From the NCBI GenBank assembly GCA_002633005.1, contig NMRA01000448.1, positions 1 through 64,000 of the forward strand: a DNA stretch of 64,000 nucleotides. Reading direction: 5' to 3'. The position numbers and the translations under genes were made by a program. Within the stretch, counting starts at the first letter, position 1; each line of letters starts with the position of its first letter. Shown here piece by piece: positions 49,701-64,000 of the stretch. The notes beneath the pieces were generated by a model, which made no database searches, had not been told where the DNA came from, and worked only from the letters and a program-made list of their open reading frames with translations. The stretch is from Phoronis australis (Eukaryota; Animalia; Phoronida).

Positions 49701-52540
49701 CAATAACCAAAAACGTCAGATTGAATTGGAAAAAGACAAGAAAACGAGACTTGAAGAGTAATGTTTGTAATTTTTATTAGGGCATATTTATCGATGGTTT
49801 TATACTCTTACTTTTTCCCAGAGTATTCCAAGAAGGGTATTTCTTTTGAATATCATTATATGACAACCGTTATTGATGAAGAGTTGTTCGTCTGAAACTC
49901 ACTGTGTAGATCAGACTGTCGCGAAGGCGTTTTTAATAACTGTGTACAGAGTACATGTCTAACGGATTAAGGTGCTCAAAATGCATGTATTGGCAATCGT
50001 AAGCAAAGGTCTCTGCGATTTTTGGAGTGCAAGCCGTCTTCAGCCTTACCACTGGATTCATGTTAACAAGAGCAAACTTTGAAATTTCTTTGTGAGAGCC
50101 CCTAAACCCGGTGCTAGGATTCCCCACTCTCGCGTTCATCTACGTGGTTACCCGCCAAGTACATATATCTCCGAGTATCCCTTCGGGCATTGATCTAAAA
50201 ATCGCATAGTGTAGATTACGGATTCGAATAAAATTATGAACCTTAACAACCAGCGCTTAACTCAAAATGTCTGCTGGATGTGCTTTTCGTTTTCATATTG
50301 CTTTGCCATGTGCTGGCCCAATCTCAGTCACGTTTATTTTCTTCTAGTAACCAGCAAGGGTTCATTTTCGATATACATGTGTCTATAACCGACTGATTAA
50401 TAGGCGATTTTACACAATGCCTACCAACCTACGATCCTACTAAAACGACCATTTGATGAGAGAGACGGGGTATTTTCGATTGGGGATGGAAGGAAGTAGG
50501 GCTGATGTCTACCTCGGAGCGACAAAACTAGGCAATGGCATAAGGGACTGGTTGGGGGGTTACGCTTAAATTTGCCCCCCNATACACACACACACACACC
50601 CCAAAGCACACAATCTGCCTACGAACTATATTGAGTTTGGAGTTCCGGGCCCTGATCGTATGGTATTACCTGATTTCCTTTGGACTGTCATCGAGATCTT
50701 CATCGGAACTTGCTGGTGTAAGATTGCCCGGAGAGACATCACCAACATTCTGAAAAGACAAAAAATAAAAATTTAGGTTTCTTCTCTACACACGCGCAAT
50801 GCAGTAAGCAATATGCGGCAAGGTCGCACAATTCATGATGGCGCCCATTGTCAACGGATACCCAAGAACAAATACCTTTGGTCTTATCGCTATACTTCCA
50901 GATGAAAAGCTGCGGCCAATCATTCGCAAACGAAATTTCCACCGCCTGGTATTAGTAACGACGCTGTCCATAATGAATGTGAGAAATATGGTGTGAATGT
51001 AGCGTCCTGCGTCGCGTGGTCTAGTTGCAGTAAGTCACGACCTCAGCACGACGCGATCTTGGCAAAGTACTCGCTGTTCGATTTTATCTCTCAAGACAAG
51101 AGGGAAATGAGACGAGACGTTATTCAATTAAAATATCCTCGGATAATCGTACTGTAACTGCAATTGTCATTGACGCTTAAATCCAACTAAAATTTTCCTT
51201 TTGATGTTACTTTGATGGTGCGAGGAGAATGGGCGATGGAACTAGTATCATGCCAGCAAAGCGCAATCTTGTCTGCAACAGTCTGTAAAAATTCACCGGA
51301 GTAATGCGCCATGGTACAGGTGTGCGCAAACGAATGCGTGTGAGCTAATGACGTGGTTTCAAATGGAACACCACACGCAGCGCCTCTGAACTCACGCTTT
51401 TAAACTATAGTATTGACTGACAAATCGAAATACCAATGCAAAGCACGCTGAAGTCGTGGGAGTGTTGATACAAACAAACTCCTCGGTATACTAATGAACA
51501 CCACAGAAATGACATTGCCTTCAAGCTATACTTCGGTCAGGTCCAAGTTTTACAAATGTTTTATTATAAGATATTCACCTCAAGTAACCGATAGACTGTC
51601 TCATGGTTAATACATGTTTTAATTGGTTATTTAGTATTCATCCGGGACATCGGGTAACAAAGTGTGGTCGTGGGTAAACACGGGGAATAGATTATTTGAT
51701 CGCAGCAACATGGTTATTTTACAATAGCAATTAACCTCAGCCTAAGATTGCGAGCAATCAGTAACTGTTATTTCCTCTGTGCAAAATAAATTGTAGTATA
51801 TTGAATATTGTACTGCTGTGTTAATTTGCGTTATAATGGAGGACCATGTTGGCGAGCACACGTGATATACATACGTATAATATTATGTGTATGTATATGT
51901 TTGTGGTTGTTTAAAAACGATGACTGATACTCATGTACATTACCTTTGTGTATTCCATGCTATTCCCCCCACTGCATTATTCATATGAACCGCGTATTCA
52001 TAACTTCCGCTCGGTCAAATTTCTTGGAAATGTGAAACTAAATCACCCGGGGGTGTTTGTTGACTATGAGTGCAAAACGTGCGTACAAGTTAGTCATTGA
52101 ATAGGCTTTCTATGTAACATAAAACGTGCACTCAGAGAATTTCGAGAGACTTGCTAATTTGTAATTTTTAATGTTCTTTTTCTTCCAATATTTAGTTCAG
52201 TTCTTCAAGTGTGTGTGCATATACTTGACGCTTACCATTGAGGGTAAATAACAAAACTTCAATATCTCAGAAGCAGGTCTGTGCACTCAGTTAAATATCT
52301 TTAAAATTGTAAAATATAACTCATTAAAAGTATTTTTCTGAAAGCAGAAAGCTTGTATAATTTGATTTTTACTCAACAACTTACTCGCCGGGGGTTTGAT
52401 TGTTGACGTATGATCTGTAACTGAAATATGCTTGCTAATTAGGGCAAATAGTTCTCCATTTTAAAATGAGACTAATTTCAGACCACTTGCATACTCACAA
52501 AACACCTCGCGTGGTCTTTAACGAGAATCATAACAATTAC

Positions 52541-52675
52541 CTTTGTATCTATTACAGCCGATCGCCTCTCTCGGCGATACGTGGACACAACCGGAAGTTG
52601 TTGCTCGCCGTCATCACTTTCGTCAGAAGTGTCGCCACCTGTTGATCCATTTTTGCCATTAGCTTGTCGCAGAGC
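52541..52675 (-). CDS. Probable upstream exon of the RhoGEF gene
   Basis: Poly-T-CAG|ALRQANGKNGSTGGDTSDESDDGEQQLPVVSTYRRERRSAVIDTK|GTAATT, phase 0/0. A linking exon to 46758 (phase 2) was not identified. Confidence 0.6.
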
Positions 52676-55600
52676 CTGAAAAAAAAAACAAGACGTCACG
52701 TGTAACTGCATAAAATGTTATTTCATCCATGGTTGCCTGTAATCCCGTAAATTTCGGATGGAGTGCCCACTGAGTTAGTGTACACTTGAAGCAGGTGTTA
52801 TGCAAAGCTAACTAAGTTATACATTTGGGCCCCACACAAACCATTGCCACCTCGGTCGCAGCCGCAAGGGTATCGCCTCCCTAAAAATGATACTTGGGGA
52901 GAGGCAAACTGGTATAGACCGGGCGGGTAGTTCGAATTATTCTACAATAATGAGGGCACATAGAAATTGTGGGGACGAGGGCGCAAATGAGATTACAAGG
53001 GCTGTCGGACTTCTTATATAACTTATCACCTAGAGAAACCTCAATCTTGCACTAGCAAGGAGTCCATTCAATTTACAGATCCAGAAACCGAGCATCAGGG
53101 AGCCTTTTCAGAGTTATGCAAAATGTTATGTCGTTACATTTTTACCAATCCGTTCTCCCACGAGTCACCACTTGTACTATTTCCGCTGCATTTCCCAACG
53201 CATTTCACAACTTTGCCTGTAGCCTGCTCAGCAAGGTCAGGGGTTACTGCTCAGGTATTTTCAAAGTAGATTCCCTCGTGAGGAAAATAAATACAAGGTA
53301 ATTACAAAAGATAATCTGAAGTTAAATATGAGCTTTGTCTAGTCCGCGGTGTTGGTAAGGTCGTATTACATGGCTGAATATCAAGAATCAGATGCATTAA
53401 TTTTACAAAACAAGCGTTTGGGAGATGCAGATATAGTTGATTGAAACTTGAATATTGAACTAGAAAGATTATTATCAAGAAACTGGCAATAATGATTCTG
53501 CGCTAGTGAGACTTTTTGGAAAGTTTACAACCTTCCCGGTGGCTTGCGCACCATAACAGAACTGTACAAGAAAATAAAAATGTGAATCATGCTGGATCAC
53601 ACGTGTTTAATTGTTGACACAGTAGAATAGAAACTGTATAAAAAGAATACATGTAGAATGAAATGCATGTAGATTTACACCTGTTACCTCTACACTGAAA
53701 TTGAAAAGAATTCCTTGAAAATATATTTTATACATGTAGAATTCATGGATGGCTCAAACGTACTTGAAAGTTTCAAAGTTGAAAGTTGAGTCGTTTGAGA
53801 GTTATTAAGCTCTAGAAAAGGTCGGAAATAATAAAAAGGCGAAAAAGATAAAACCTCGAGAATAACAAGAATGCGCCCGCACGTGCGGAGCAACAAGCTC
53901 ACTGTCTGCAACTATGATCTTCCAGCATTACAGATGAATACTGTGCTGTGGCAATAAGGTTTTAACTGAATTTCGAGACTTTTTGATATAAACCCTGAAA
54001 GCAACATTACTACGCTTAATTACCGAAATCATGGAAAGGTGTGTTGTTAGACGAGTGTAATCGTGAGTCACAAGCAGAAGCGAAAACAAGTGTATTCCAT
54101 GTTTTAACGTACGTAAGGGGTGCTTTCGTAAGTTTCGTCAAAATACAACTCGTAAGAACAGAATTGCACACACTAAAAAGAACGTCGTTAATGCTAACGT
54201 CCTTGAGGTTCGAAAGAGGAAGACTGATATCGCTGGTACGTGTATTTCCGAGTAGGCATGTGATAAAATTATATTGAGAATTGAAAGCAATTTCCAGCCA
54301 CGCTTAATCAGTGTAATACCACCACTGATCTGACCACGTAATGCGATGCAAACGAAGCAGACGTAGGTTATCACTGGTTTGATTGACGTTGCTACGTCAT
54401 TACCACCTGTAATATCTTTATATGTTGCAAATTACACAGCCGTGGTCGGCATCTGAAGAGGCATAGGCGCAAAAACATCTGCTAAACGGATGTAAGTCTG
54501 TTTTTACGAATGATACATTACGAAATGGCGATAGTTTGATGGTTTTCTTTGTGCGTTAAAAGGGACTCGTTCTGCTCATTTTCGTAAAACATAAAGCTGG
54601 TCGTAATATACACCATATCAGACCAAACACGTGATGTTCTTTCAAACTGACGTCGATTTTTAAAATCAACAACTATAATGCAGACCTTTTACTGTATATT
54701 TTTACTTCAATGGAGTCAGCCGCAAAGTCACCGACAAGACAGAACGCATGCGCACTCAAAATCTTGAAAATAGATATTGTATCAATGTAATTACATGTAT
54801 TTAAGGCTTCAACTCATTTGACGTAAATAAGCAAAAATACGGAATAATAATGGAGTATACAACAACACTATGATGTGAAGATGCTGTGAACTTGTTCTTC
54901 GTTTAATTTTTTTCAATTAAACTATTTTCAGTTATTAAATTGGTCTCAGATTGTCCTTCCCTGCTATTAGTAGACGTGATTCATGAGCTTGTGTATGACG
55001 GACAGTTGGCTCCTTCTAAAGATCATGTTGAACAAGTTATATTGAACCAAAAAGCCAAAAATTAAATTTAAACTCCCGATTGAAGTCTGTTTATTTTGAA
55101 AAAAATGTATGTCATATTGAAAGACTGTCATTTGGGAATACGTTTTGACTTGATTACAATTGTCTTAAACAAAATTCAATAACAAGTCCGACACAATTGA
55201 GGCCGCTATCATGAGGTCTCAAGGTTGTTTTCCAAATTTGTGTGCCCAAATATAACTTTGACCGAATATAACGTAGGCTACGTTTAAATATTTTTAGGAC
55301 CGCGGTTGATCGGATTCCAGGTGAACAACTTTAACACGTGACCTTTGTGAGGTATTTACAGAACGGCTGCGCCGACCAGCTATCAAAATGATGCTGTAAA
55401 TTAGCACATTTTGTCATGTTTTAACATTTAGTTCAATATCGCCTGTTATAAAACTTGCATAATGAAACGTTGGACAGAAATTAACGGAAACGGTCAGTGA
55501 CAGCAGCCTACAGTATCAGCAGATTGGTTTGGCGTCATCATGGTGATAAAAATCGGAGCCCTATGCAGTCATCAAGCTAATGTACAGAATGGTGGAATGA

Positions 55601-58600
55601 TTTTTACCCTCACTACCTCTATCGACAGCAAAATCATTCAACTTTCTCCAGCAGAAGTGTTTAAAATAAGGTTATCGTCCAATTTTAGTTGAGCTCGTTC
55701 GCATAATCTTCGAACCACATCACTTAGTTTGTTATTTTTACAATCGCGGGCGCTAATGAACACCGTGAATGCTTAAACAGACTTACGCAAGGTTACTTTG
55801 ATATAGCCGTTAACTAATTAGTTATACTTAGTTGTTCAGCTGGTGGTTGAATGCAAGCACGAAAACTGCAGCCAACGGGAAAAAGAATATGAAATGTTTG
55901 TCTGAACATTATATTCTAGGTATTAACCTTAATTTAACTATCTAAGGTAGCCGTTATCTTCCTACAGGACTATTCAGTCCATGGTTTCACAATTATCTAC
56001 ATCATCAGCTCAAATGTTATGTTACAAAACCGTTTAACGCTGGTGCTCGTTCACAACAGTGTGAACTTCTATCATGTAATGGTATAAAAGCACTTGCAAC
56101 AGATGGTTAATTGAGTTCATAGCATTTAACGTTATTATATATCATGGTAAAATGAATAACTATTTCCACTCTTTTGATGTATTTAAAACACTATAAATTG
56201 TATATAATAACGTCGTACTTCATCAAACAAGTGAAGCGTTGTCTAAAACCAATTGCTGCCCGAAATTGACTATACAACTATTCAAAAATTTAATTTTAGG
56301 TTTTGAAAGAAAGCATCAATGCATTACAAAATATTTCATATTGAAGCACGTTTTTGTTCACAGGCCCCTAGAAATTCCAAAATATTTGCAGCTGTATGTT
56401 GCTTATTTATCCCTTGACGTCAACAAATAAACCTTTGTGAATTTGTTTACTGCTTTGAAAACACGGAAATACGATGTCTTGAACTGGTCAGTTAGCATAA
56501 ACCCCGACGTTGAATTAGCAGTAAACATCTTCTCAACCGAGGAAAACGGTAGCTGGTAAATAAATCGAACGTCGTATAATCTTGTCACACCATTCATCAA
56601 GCCATCAAATGGGGTTTTCGGAATTTAAAAACCGACATAAATAACATATTATTGATAAAGCCTACTGCAAATGATGGTATCTGTGGGTGATTAGGGCTAT
56701 TCGGCATTCATCCGCGACAAAGTGATTATGAAAACGTAACTCCTAACAACACAAGAATTACCCGCCATATGTTGCTTGTTTGTGAAGTTTCTGACGATGA
56801 AATCGCCTGGAACGAACATAATGTCAATGACAATTCAATACAGGAAGTCTAGTACCTACGCGCGACTTCGTCTTTCACAGCTTTATGAAGGAATGACGCC
56901 GAGGCGTTTCGAAAACGCCTCGGTTTCAATGATTTCGTTATGGGACGTCTGAGATGCAAAGGCAAACGAATCCCCGGGTTTTCCTCATGAAAAACACACA
57001 TGCCAAACAACGCAGAAACTTCTAACACACGCAAAGGCCCTTGTCGCAGACCACCAACCACACTCAAGCGCTCTTACCTTAAGCAATTTTTAGTGCATGT
57101 AACCGAAAAAAGAACAAAGAGGCACAAACTGGGTCGGGTCGCCTACTTGTATCAGTTGTTTGTTGTATATGGTAAAAGTAACTGGGTGAGGTATGGTAAG
57201 GGAGTTCTGATTCTGGGAAGAGTTTTGCGGAGTGCGGTAAAGTTGTGAGCCCGAGGTAAGCGTTGTGGTCATCGGCGTGCTTCATCATTTTTTCAAAAAT
57301 CTAATCTCACTCGGAAAAGGACAATGTGTGAGAACTCGAAATAGTGCGGTATTCATTAATTTGGTGCACTTGACAAAAATTACTAGAGACAAGGGATACA
57401 ACCTCGTACGGCAGCGGCGGGAACATCGACTGAACGAAATCACTCAAAACTAATGAGTTTACAAAACATCTGTTCAGAATCGACAGATTCTAGTATCATC
57501 CAAAGACGTCACGATGTGTATACGGAGTGTGTCGAAATGGGCACATTACGATTGTAGCTTTATTGTCCGGTCTACTCACTTCGATAAGTTGTCTAATATA
57601 ATGTTGTCAAAATGTTGATACCATGTTGATTGTACTTCTGGGTAGTATTGCCACATCGTATGTATTTACGTTTTTTTAAATAAATTTAAAATATTCGTAT
57701 GTAACTTTGCATCGGTTTCGTATAAGTTAATAGAAGTGCTTAGACACAGGTTAAAAAGTCAAACGAAAGTCGGAGCAAAATAAGACGTGTGCTATGTCAA
57801 TCTATGATTCGTATACTAAATTTTAGCTCAAAACGACGAGTTGGACCATGTCTCTACATATCCCCAGTTAGTTCTGCACAACACTTGATGTTTATATAAA
57901 AAATCGAAATGTGTAGGTAGGACTTAAATGGAAAGATGTCGTCAATTTCTCAGTTGTTAATTCTTAAAAGGACCGTTGAAGTATTCCAAGTTATAAGTTG
58001 TCAAGGAAGACGTCGCTGAGCTGCTGCACTGCCGTCGACGTGATCCCTAAAACCCTGTGTACTCTTCTCATACGATGTTGTAATCGACTGTCGTATATGA
58101 CTAATCGGACTGTGCAGAGGTTTGGAAGTCCTATGCGACTTGTCGTTTGGAGTAATGCATTAAAGCTTAACTTCAACGGAATTTTGTTGTTTAAGATGTA
58201 TTGGGCTAACGAGATAGTCCTAGCAAGGCCTCAGTAAAATAAGAAAACGCGAGTTCAATCACGCAAATTAAGTCCGTCAAATGATAAGTGAAGCTGCCTT
58301 TTCGTGTCATGTTGCGTCACTGTGAGATCCCAGCACAAACAACAAAAGGTCGATAACAGTTGTATTGAATGAGGGTCTGAATAGAACACCATTGTGTGCG
58401 GGTGTTATTCACTGCTGTTTGAATTAAAAGGTGATTCCTACGGTGACGTAGACAAAAGATGGCTGCTAACCATTACCCATCAAGCCGGTATGCTGAATAG
58501 AAACAATTTGGCTTTCTCACAATTTAAGTCATTCTGCGCACGGATGACCATCATTTGGAGAAAAACATTGGCCGTTGTCTTCAGGGTCAAATAATTATCT

Positions 58601-61600
58601 GCGACTGGGGGAAAGTCTGAGAATTATGATAGAAGCAATATTTTATTCAGCGGACTCTCAATTTAGACACGTTATATCAAATAATCTATAGCACCCTTTA
58701 TTTGTCTATACACTCTCTTGAACCTGAATATCAAAAATAAACCTCTGAGTTCAGTATACAATTTTGATACTCAAGATTGGAACCTTTTGCATTTTGTAGG
58801 TAATGTTAAATGGCCATGTTTGGACAAGATCTAAGTTAGTCTGCAACACAAATCTGAGCGACGTGATAATTGTTGGAATCAATTAAGCAACCAAATACAT
58901 AGGAAATGTACATCCTTCATACGAGATTATTGTGGAAAACTGCGGTAATTGCGTTTAATAATTGGCATAAAATTGCTTAACACTCGTTTCTGGCTCAATT
59001 AGAACACGTTTGGGCGTCGTGTTTACTATAATTACAACGGTGAGCGACACCGTAGTAGAGCGTTTAGTTTTTATTGATCGAAAATACTATGCGATCTGAT
59101 TCTTGTAAAACCAAATCAGTTTATTTGCCTTCGGAAATTTTTAAAGTAACCTTTGATGTAAATTTCTGAGACGCTCTTTAGGTATTCTTAGGTGTAAAGA
59201 TAAAACACAGTTCATGCGTATGCAAATGGTAGCAACTACCAATATCAGTAATGCTCAACTGTGTGTTCTGAGGCCGTTTTATCACAAGTCGAACGATCCA
59301 TCTTAGATAAAACAGGAAAACATTATAAGGATAGTAAACCTGTTTTAATGATTCCATCCGAAATTGATTCATTCATGTTCTATTGTACACTGTTACCTGC
59401 CTTGTGAGATAAAAATACAACAAATCCTCCATGTGTTACTAAACATTGAGCTGTTTTTTCTGCAACCATAGTGGTAGATTAACTCACGAAGCGTTAGTCA
59501 CGCTAGCCGGTTGATTTTGCAATGAGTTTTCGAACTTACATCAAGCATTTCAGGATTGACGACGGTTGCGAAGCATTATTTTGTACCGAAGATTGAATAA
59601 TTTTGTGGTAGTTAATATCCGCTAATGGACTAAAATAGGGTTTAGATTCCTCATATTTTACTTGTCGCGGTACAGATGTATATGAAGACAATGTGTGAAC
59701 AAAGATCAGTCGTTCAACATCTCGTCCTAACGCATTTTAGCGTTCGCAAAAACTCGCGCTTGTAACTGCATTAATTCGTAGAACCCGCCCCTGTTTTTCC
59801 TTGATAAGTATTTTTATGACGGATATTTCGCAAGGAAGTGGTCTGATAATGACTAATGATTGATGATTACAAAAACACTTTTTCTTTGGTCATAAAAATC
59901 GAACAGAGATACTGTGTGGGTTGCCTGATTGTAACAGAACATTTTCAATTCTTTTCTTTTGAAATCTTACACGTGTCAAAAAGGACTTTAGTGCAAAACA
60001 AATACCGAAAAATATAGAACTACCTTAGGCCTGACTTAACTATATGGAAAACAGTTAGCATACAGAATGGTCAGTAGTAACATACCGCGGTCAGTTGATC
60101 GAAATCGCTTGCACCCATTGAAAATCCTCTGCGAAGGGGTCGTCGGACCTTTCGGCGTGCTGTCAACGGCGACAGCGTGGCCATTAATCCAGCAGAATTT
60201 AACGTTTTCAACATTGAAAATCCGAGCGTGTTTCTTCACTGCTAACGCCAATGGCAATAAGTATCACAATGTGTCCACTGACTAATTAGTCTATTTCCTT
60301 CCGATTCTTTTTCATTTATATCCTTATCAGAAGTAAACAGTCCAGGACGAGTTGTGATAGTATACTATTGGAGCCGATGTTTCGCAATACCTCGACGATT
60401 AAAAACCAATGTCTGACCGTGGTGCTCGCCTTTAAGCACAACGCTTTTCTGGACAAAGCATTCGTCAGCAAGTCCTCTGCTGTGATGATCGCGCTTAATC
60501 CAATCCAGGAAGCTGCGACCGAGTACTTACTCACGCAAATGTATCAAACTTGATCAATCCACGCTGTTCGCCACAGTAGCATCCGTGAGTTATGCACACA
60601 CACTTTTGAGTCATATAAAGAGACTTGAATCAGAGTGATAACAAGCACACTTTATTCCTCAAATATTGAGGAATCTATTGCTCGGGTAAAGTCTTCAACG
60701 AAGCACGCTTTACGTGAAACAAAGAGTTTGTAAACACGTAGGCATTTCCATCACTGCTCCTCAGATCGTCGTTGTTGCCAAGTCTTACACACGATTCCCG
60801 CACAAATACAATGCCCGCTGTCAAGTAAATAATGTTTGAAAACCCAACCTTGTCTCACCTTCCGATTTTCCCCCAGTTTATATACATACACGGGGGTAGC
60901 CCGAAGTTCTTTGGTTCGTTCTTCGGTTACCAGTTTACAAAAACAATACAGTAAAAGTACTGAAAGGTATGTATAACCTTAAAATCTCGTCAAAGATCGT
61001 TGCATACACATTCATAACACAAATCAAATAGCTGTGTATCAACGGCAGCCTACTTTTGAAGATTTACGTTCTTGAAGGTTCTTTAACACTTCGTTAGCGC
61101 TGAGTACGGATCAAGTTCCCGAAGAAACTGACACACGCCGGCATATCTGATTCGGGTTGCTCGTTATTCCGCGTAATTCCAGCTTTCTAATGAAAAAGAA
61201 AGTTTGACGAGTCTATTAGTTATGAACAAATTTCGACATCAACTCCGTATGTCACCGTGACAGAGTCACTATGTTTGCGAATAATCACTATTTTTCTTTA
61301 AAATTTCTCATCTTCGCACTTGTTTATCACGTTTGGCGTATCCATCCGCAGTGAGGAAGCAAGGACACATTCAGCTGATAAATTTCGCATTTTTCTTTCA
61401 GTTTCTTTCACGTAGTATGTCAACGGAATGAAACAAAACCCCTGTTTGAATTTGCCCTACTCCCCGGAAGCACCAACAGTTTCCAATCTCTGAACGAAGT
61501 GTGAGTAAAATGGCGTCATATTTTAATTCGGAGAAGACGACTTGTTTGGTATTCATTCTCTCTCTTGAAAATGAACCATTAGAACGAAGAGATGGGCGCT

Positions 61601-63374
61601 GGTTTATTTCACAACAGACAAAACGGGTGGAAAATCGCAAACACACGCATGCGCATCCCTGCAAATAATGCTTGTTTAAAACACTGCTTGTTGTTTGCTC
61701 ATCAAATTCGCTTCGGTGAAGGTGAATCTACGTTGTGTCGTTTAATGTTAAAAATGATTATTTCATTCGCACGGCTCTATTAACAAAGCCCTCATATCGA
61801 AATTCAATAGCATAGCGCAAACAAAACGTACAATTTCCGCTCATCAAGTGTCTATCAATTTTTAAATTTTTGTTTCAGTAACACTGTTAGGCACATTTAC
61901 GTGTAGCTCACGCTAGAACAAAAACACTATTCATATAGTCGGAGATATCGAAACATTTGCATTTACTTTGAATTGATAATGCGCTTGTACAAATACATAC
62001 AATACAAATGGGATACCACGAATAAAAAACTGATCTGCCTTTATAATCCATCACTGGGATTTCCAAAGGTTACACGTGAGAACTAGATCTAATGAGGACA
62101 TTCCGGTGTTTTTGACCGAGCACAAATTGATAATGAGCTTTAAAAGCCTCAACACCTTGTTGATCAGTTGCTATAAATGAATCCGGCCCGGTCGTTGCCT
62201 AAACTCTTCTGAGCACGAAAAGACATTATGGCGAACGAGTTAACCTGGGATGTTTTGTTTAGCCCGTCCATGTACACAGTGGCAACAAGAGTAACAATAG
62301 ATACAGTAGCCTCGTTCCGGCCTCCAGCGCGCAGCTGCTTTCCTGTAAATCGTAAAACACAATCAAGTTCCCGACTGCACTGACTTCCATATTTCGAAAG
62401 TCACGTGAGTTGACTAGTTTGATAGGGTTCGCATAAAAAGGCTGTAGAGAATACGTAAAACACAGTTTCTTGATTACTTTGTTATTATTCTGCATATAAA
62501 ATGTCATTTTAAGTAACCTATGAGCAGAACTCGAAAACAAATGTGCAGTCAGTATAAGGTTTCAATCAGTGCTGTGTATTTGCTACGAGTTAAAACCAGT
62601 GCAGTATAAACGGCAAGTGGAGTCGTAAAAGTGTCATCGCTACCGGGCGGACATCAGCGTGAAATTGAAAGTAGAAGACAGTTATTGCGTAGAAGAACCA
62701 AGTTCTGCCCTTTATGGGTACAGTTATTTGACGCCATTATTATGACCTATCATAAATCAAAATACATGGGAGCCGTCTAGTCTCTGGTAGAAACTAGTTC
62801 CGGTCTATACCGAGCACGTGATGGCTCACGCGCCTACTTTCATAACAAGGTGTAACCATGCAGTGAACCCGAATGTGAAGTCTGATCTGTGGGATTAGCT
62901 GACTTTCGAAATAGCCGCGCCCTATTGAAATTCACTAACCCGCAAGACGGCGAGCAGGTGGAAAGCCGTTCAACGCCACCTACAAACCCCATGTAGTGCG
63001 GATGGGAGCTTTCAAACTACTGGTATAAACAGCGTTTTAACACCTTTCCCGCTATTGTAATACAGGCAAATTTTCACTGATGTACAGTGTTATGTACTAA
63101 TGTCTCACGAAAAAGGCAAACATTTTGAAATATCACTGAATGAACAAAGACATCATGTTCTGTACACTTCCCACTGGGAAGAAACTATCTGCGATAAAGC
63201 CAGTGTTTACGGCTTATAAAACGAGAGATTTTCGATCCCAGCCGGTGTCATAACGCTAAAATAAATAAGTGAACTTAAATTAATCAAAAAACGGGAGGAA
63301 ATCACAGTGTAATTTATTCCTCTGATTTTTAAATTAATGGGCCACTATGTAGTAATTGAATTTCTGTCCACCAA

Positions 63375-63514
63375 CATGGGACGCACCACTGAAAAAAGTG
63401 GGGGCTAAATCCCCCCAGCCCCCCTGTGGTGCAGCGCCTACAGACCATGGGTGGCGCAGCGCTGAAAAAAGTGGGAGCAATATCCCCCCAGCCCCCTATG
63501 TTGCGCCGCCCATG
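63375..63514. mobile_element. Tandem pair of ~70-bp MITE-like units
   Basis: The unit catggg..ctgaaaaaagtggg..ccccccagccccct occurs twice. The second unit has TIRs catgggtggcgcagc and gttgcgccgcccatg. Confidence 0.65.
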
Positions 63515-64000
63515 ACCAACTCTGACTCGGGATCAATCGAAAGCTACTTTTGTGCTCTCATTTCTCTATAGAGCGCCAATATGAAAAGTTCCCTATTGAA
63601 TATGAATTCCCGCGGTTGTACTGAATTGTGAGTACATTTGGGACATCCTGTGTATTGTTATACAGCCACGTACCTAAATCTTCATATTGGTACATGAGAA
63701 ATACAGTTTTCGTGTATGAACCCTGTCTGCTCGTGCCGTAGCTAAGATCCTGGTTATAACTGGAGATATACTAATTGTTATCCTTGGCGTACTCGTGAGT
63801 AACTTATACATGTGGGTCGTGAAAACACCTCCACCACTCAGTAACAAAACGGAAATGTAAAGGTTATAGGAATTAGGTGACCGTCAGAAATTAGTACATA
63901 TGTTAGTCAAGGGCCCAATCATTGGCGGAACTCTTTCTTACCGTTGGTTTATTGTTTGTAAAAATATTTCAATATGAGCATTTATTGTAAAACAAGGAAG

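Noticed and set aside
50570-50600. N at 50581 between a C-run and a CA-repeat
   Set aside because: Ambiguous base or contig join in simple sequence; no flanking duplication seen.
55934-55953. taactatctaaggtagcc, resembling the 28S rRNA R2/homing-endonuclease target (TAACTATGACTCTCTTAAGGTAGCC)
   Set aside because: Short gapped match with no flanking rRNA similarity; likely chance.
53000-64000. Scattered 60-93 aa ORFs
   Set aside because: No motifs or phase-consistent exon chain; consistent with random ORFs in intronic or upstream DNA.

Overview
Eukaryotic, intron-containing DNA, probably from an invertebrate animal. It is not prokaryotic, and I found no CRISPR array, rRNA or intact tRNA. There are two clear genes, both on the minus strand. 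(1) A sacsin (SACS)-like gene runs from about 23.1 kb to beyond position 1. I reconstructed 8 coding exons with consistent phases, giving more than 4,300 aa with three GHKL/Hsp90-like sacsin repeat regions; the window ends before the expected DnaJ and HEPN domains. Its giant last exon contains a 1,011-bp duplication around a single N, most likely an uncollapsed haplotype overlap. (2) A PLEKHG7-like DH-PH RhoGEF runs from at least 46.8 kb (probably 52.7 kb or further) to 36.3 kb. It has 12 phase-consistent exons and one GC-AG intron. Introns and intergenic DNA hold MITEs, Helentron-associated (HINE-like) repeats, a tRNA-SINE-like head and a 24-bp minisatellite. The most unusual observations are: a relay of three uORFs linked by ATGA stop/start overlaps in the 84-nt exon that supplies the sacsin ATG; an apparently UbL-less sacsin; a candidate small three-exon gene near 28 kb; and a 73-bp element with perfect 20-bp TIRs and a 10-bp TSD. 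All assignments were made by eye, without database searches.
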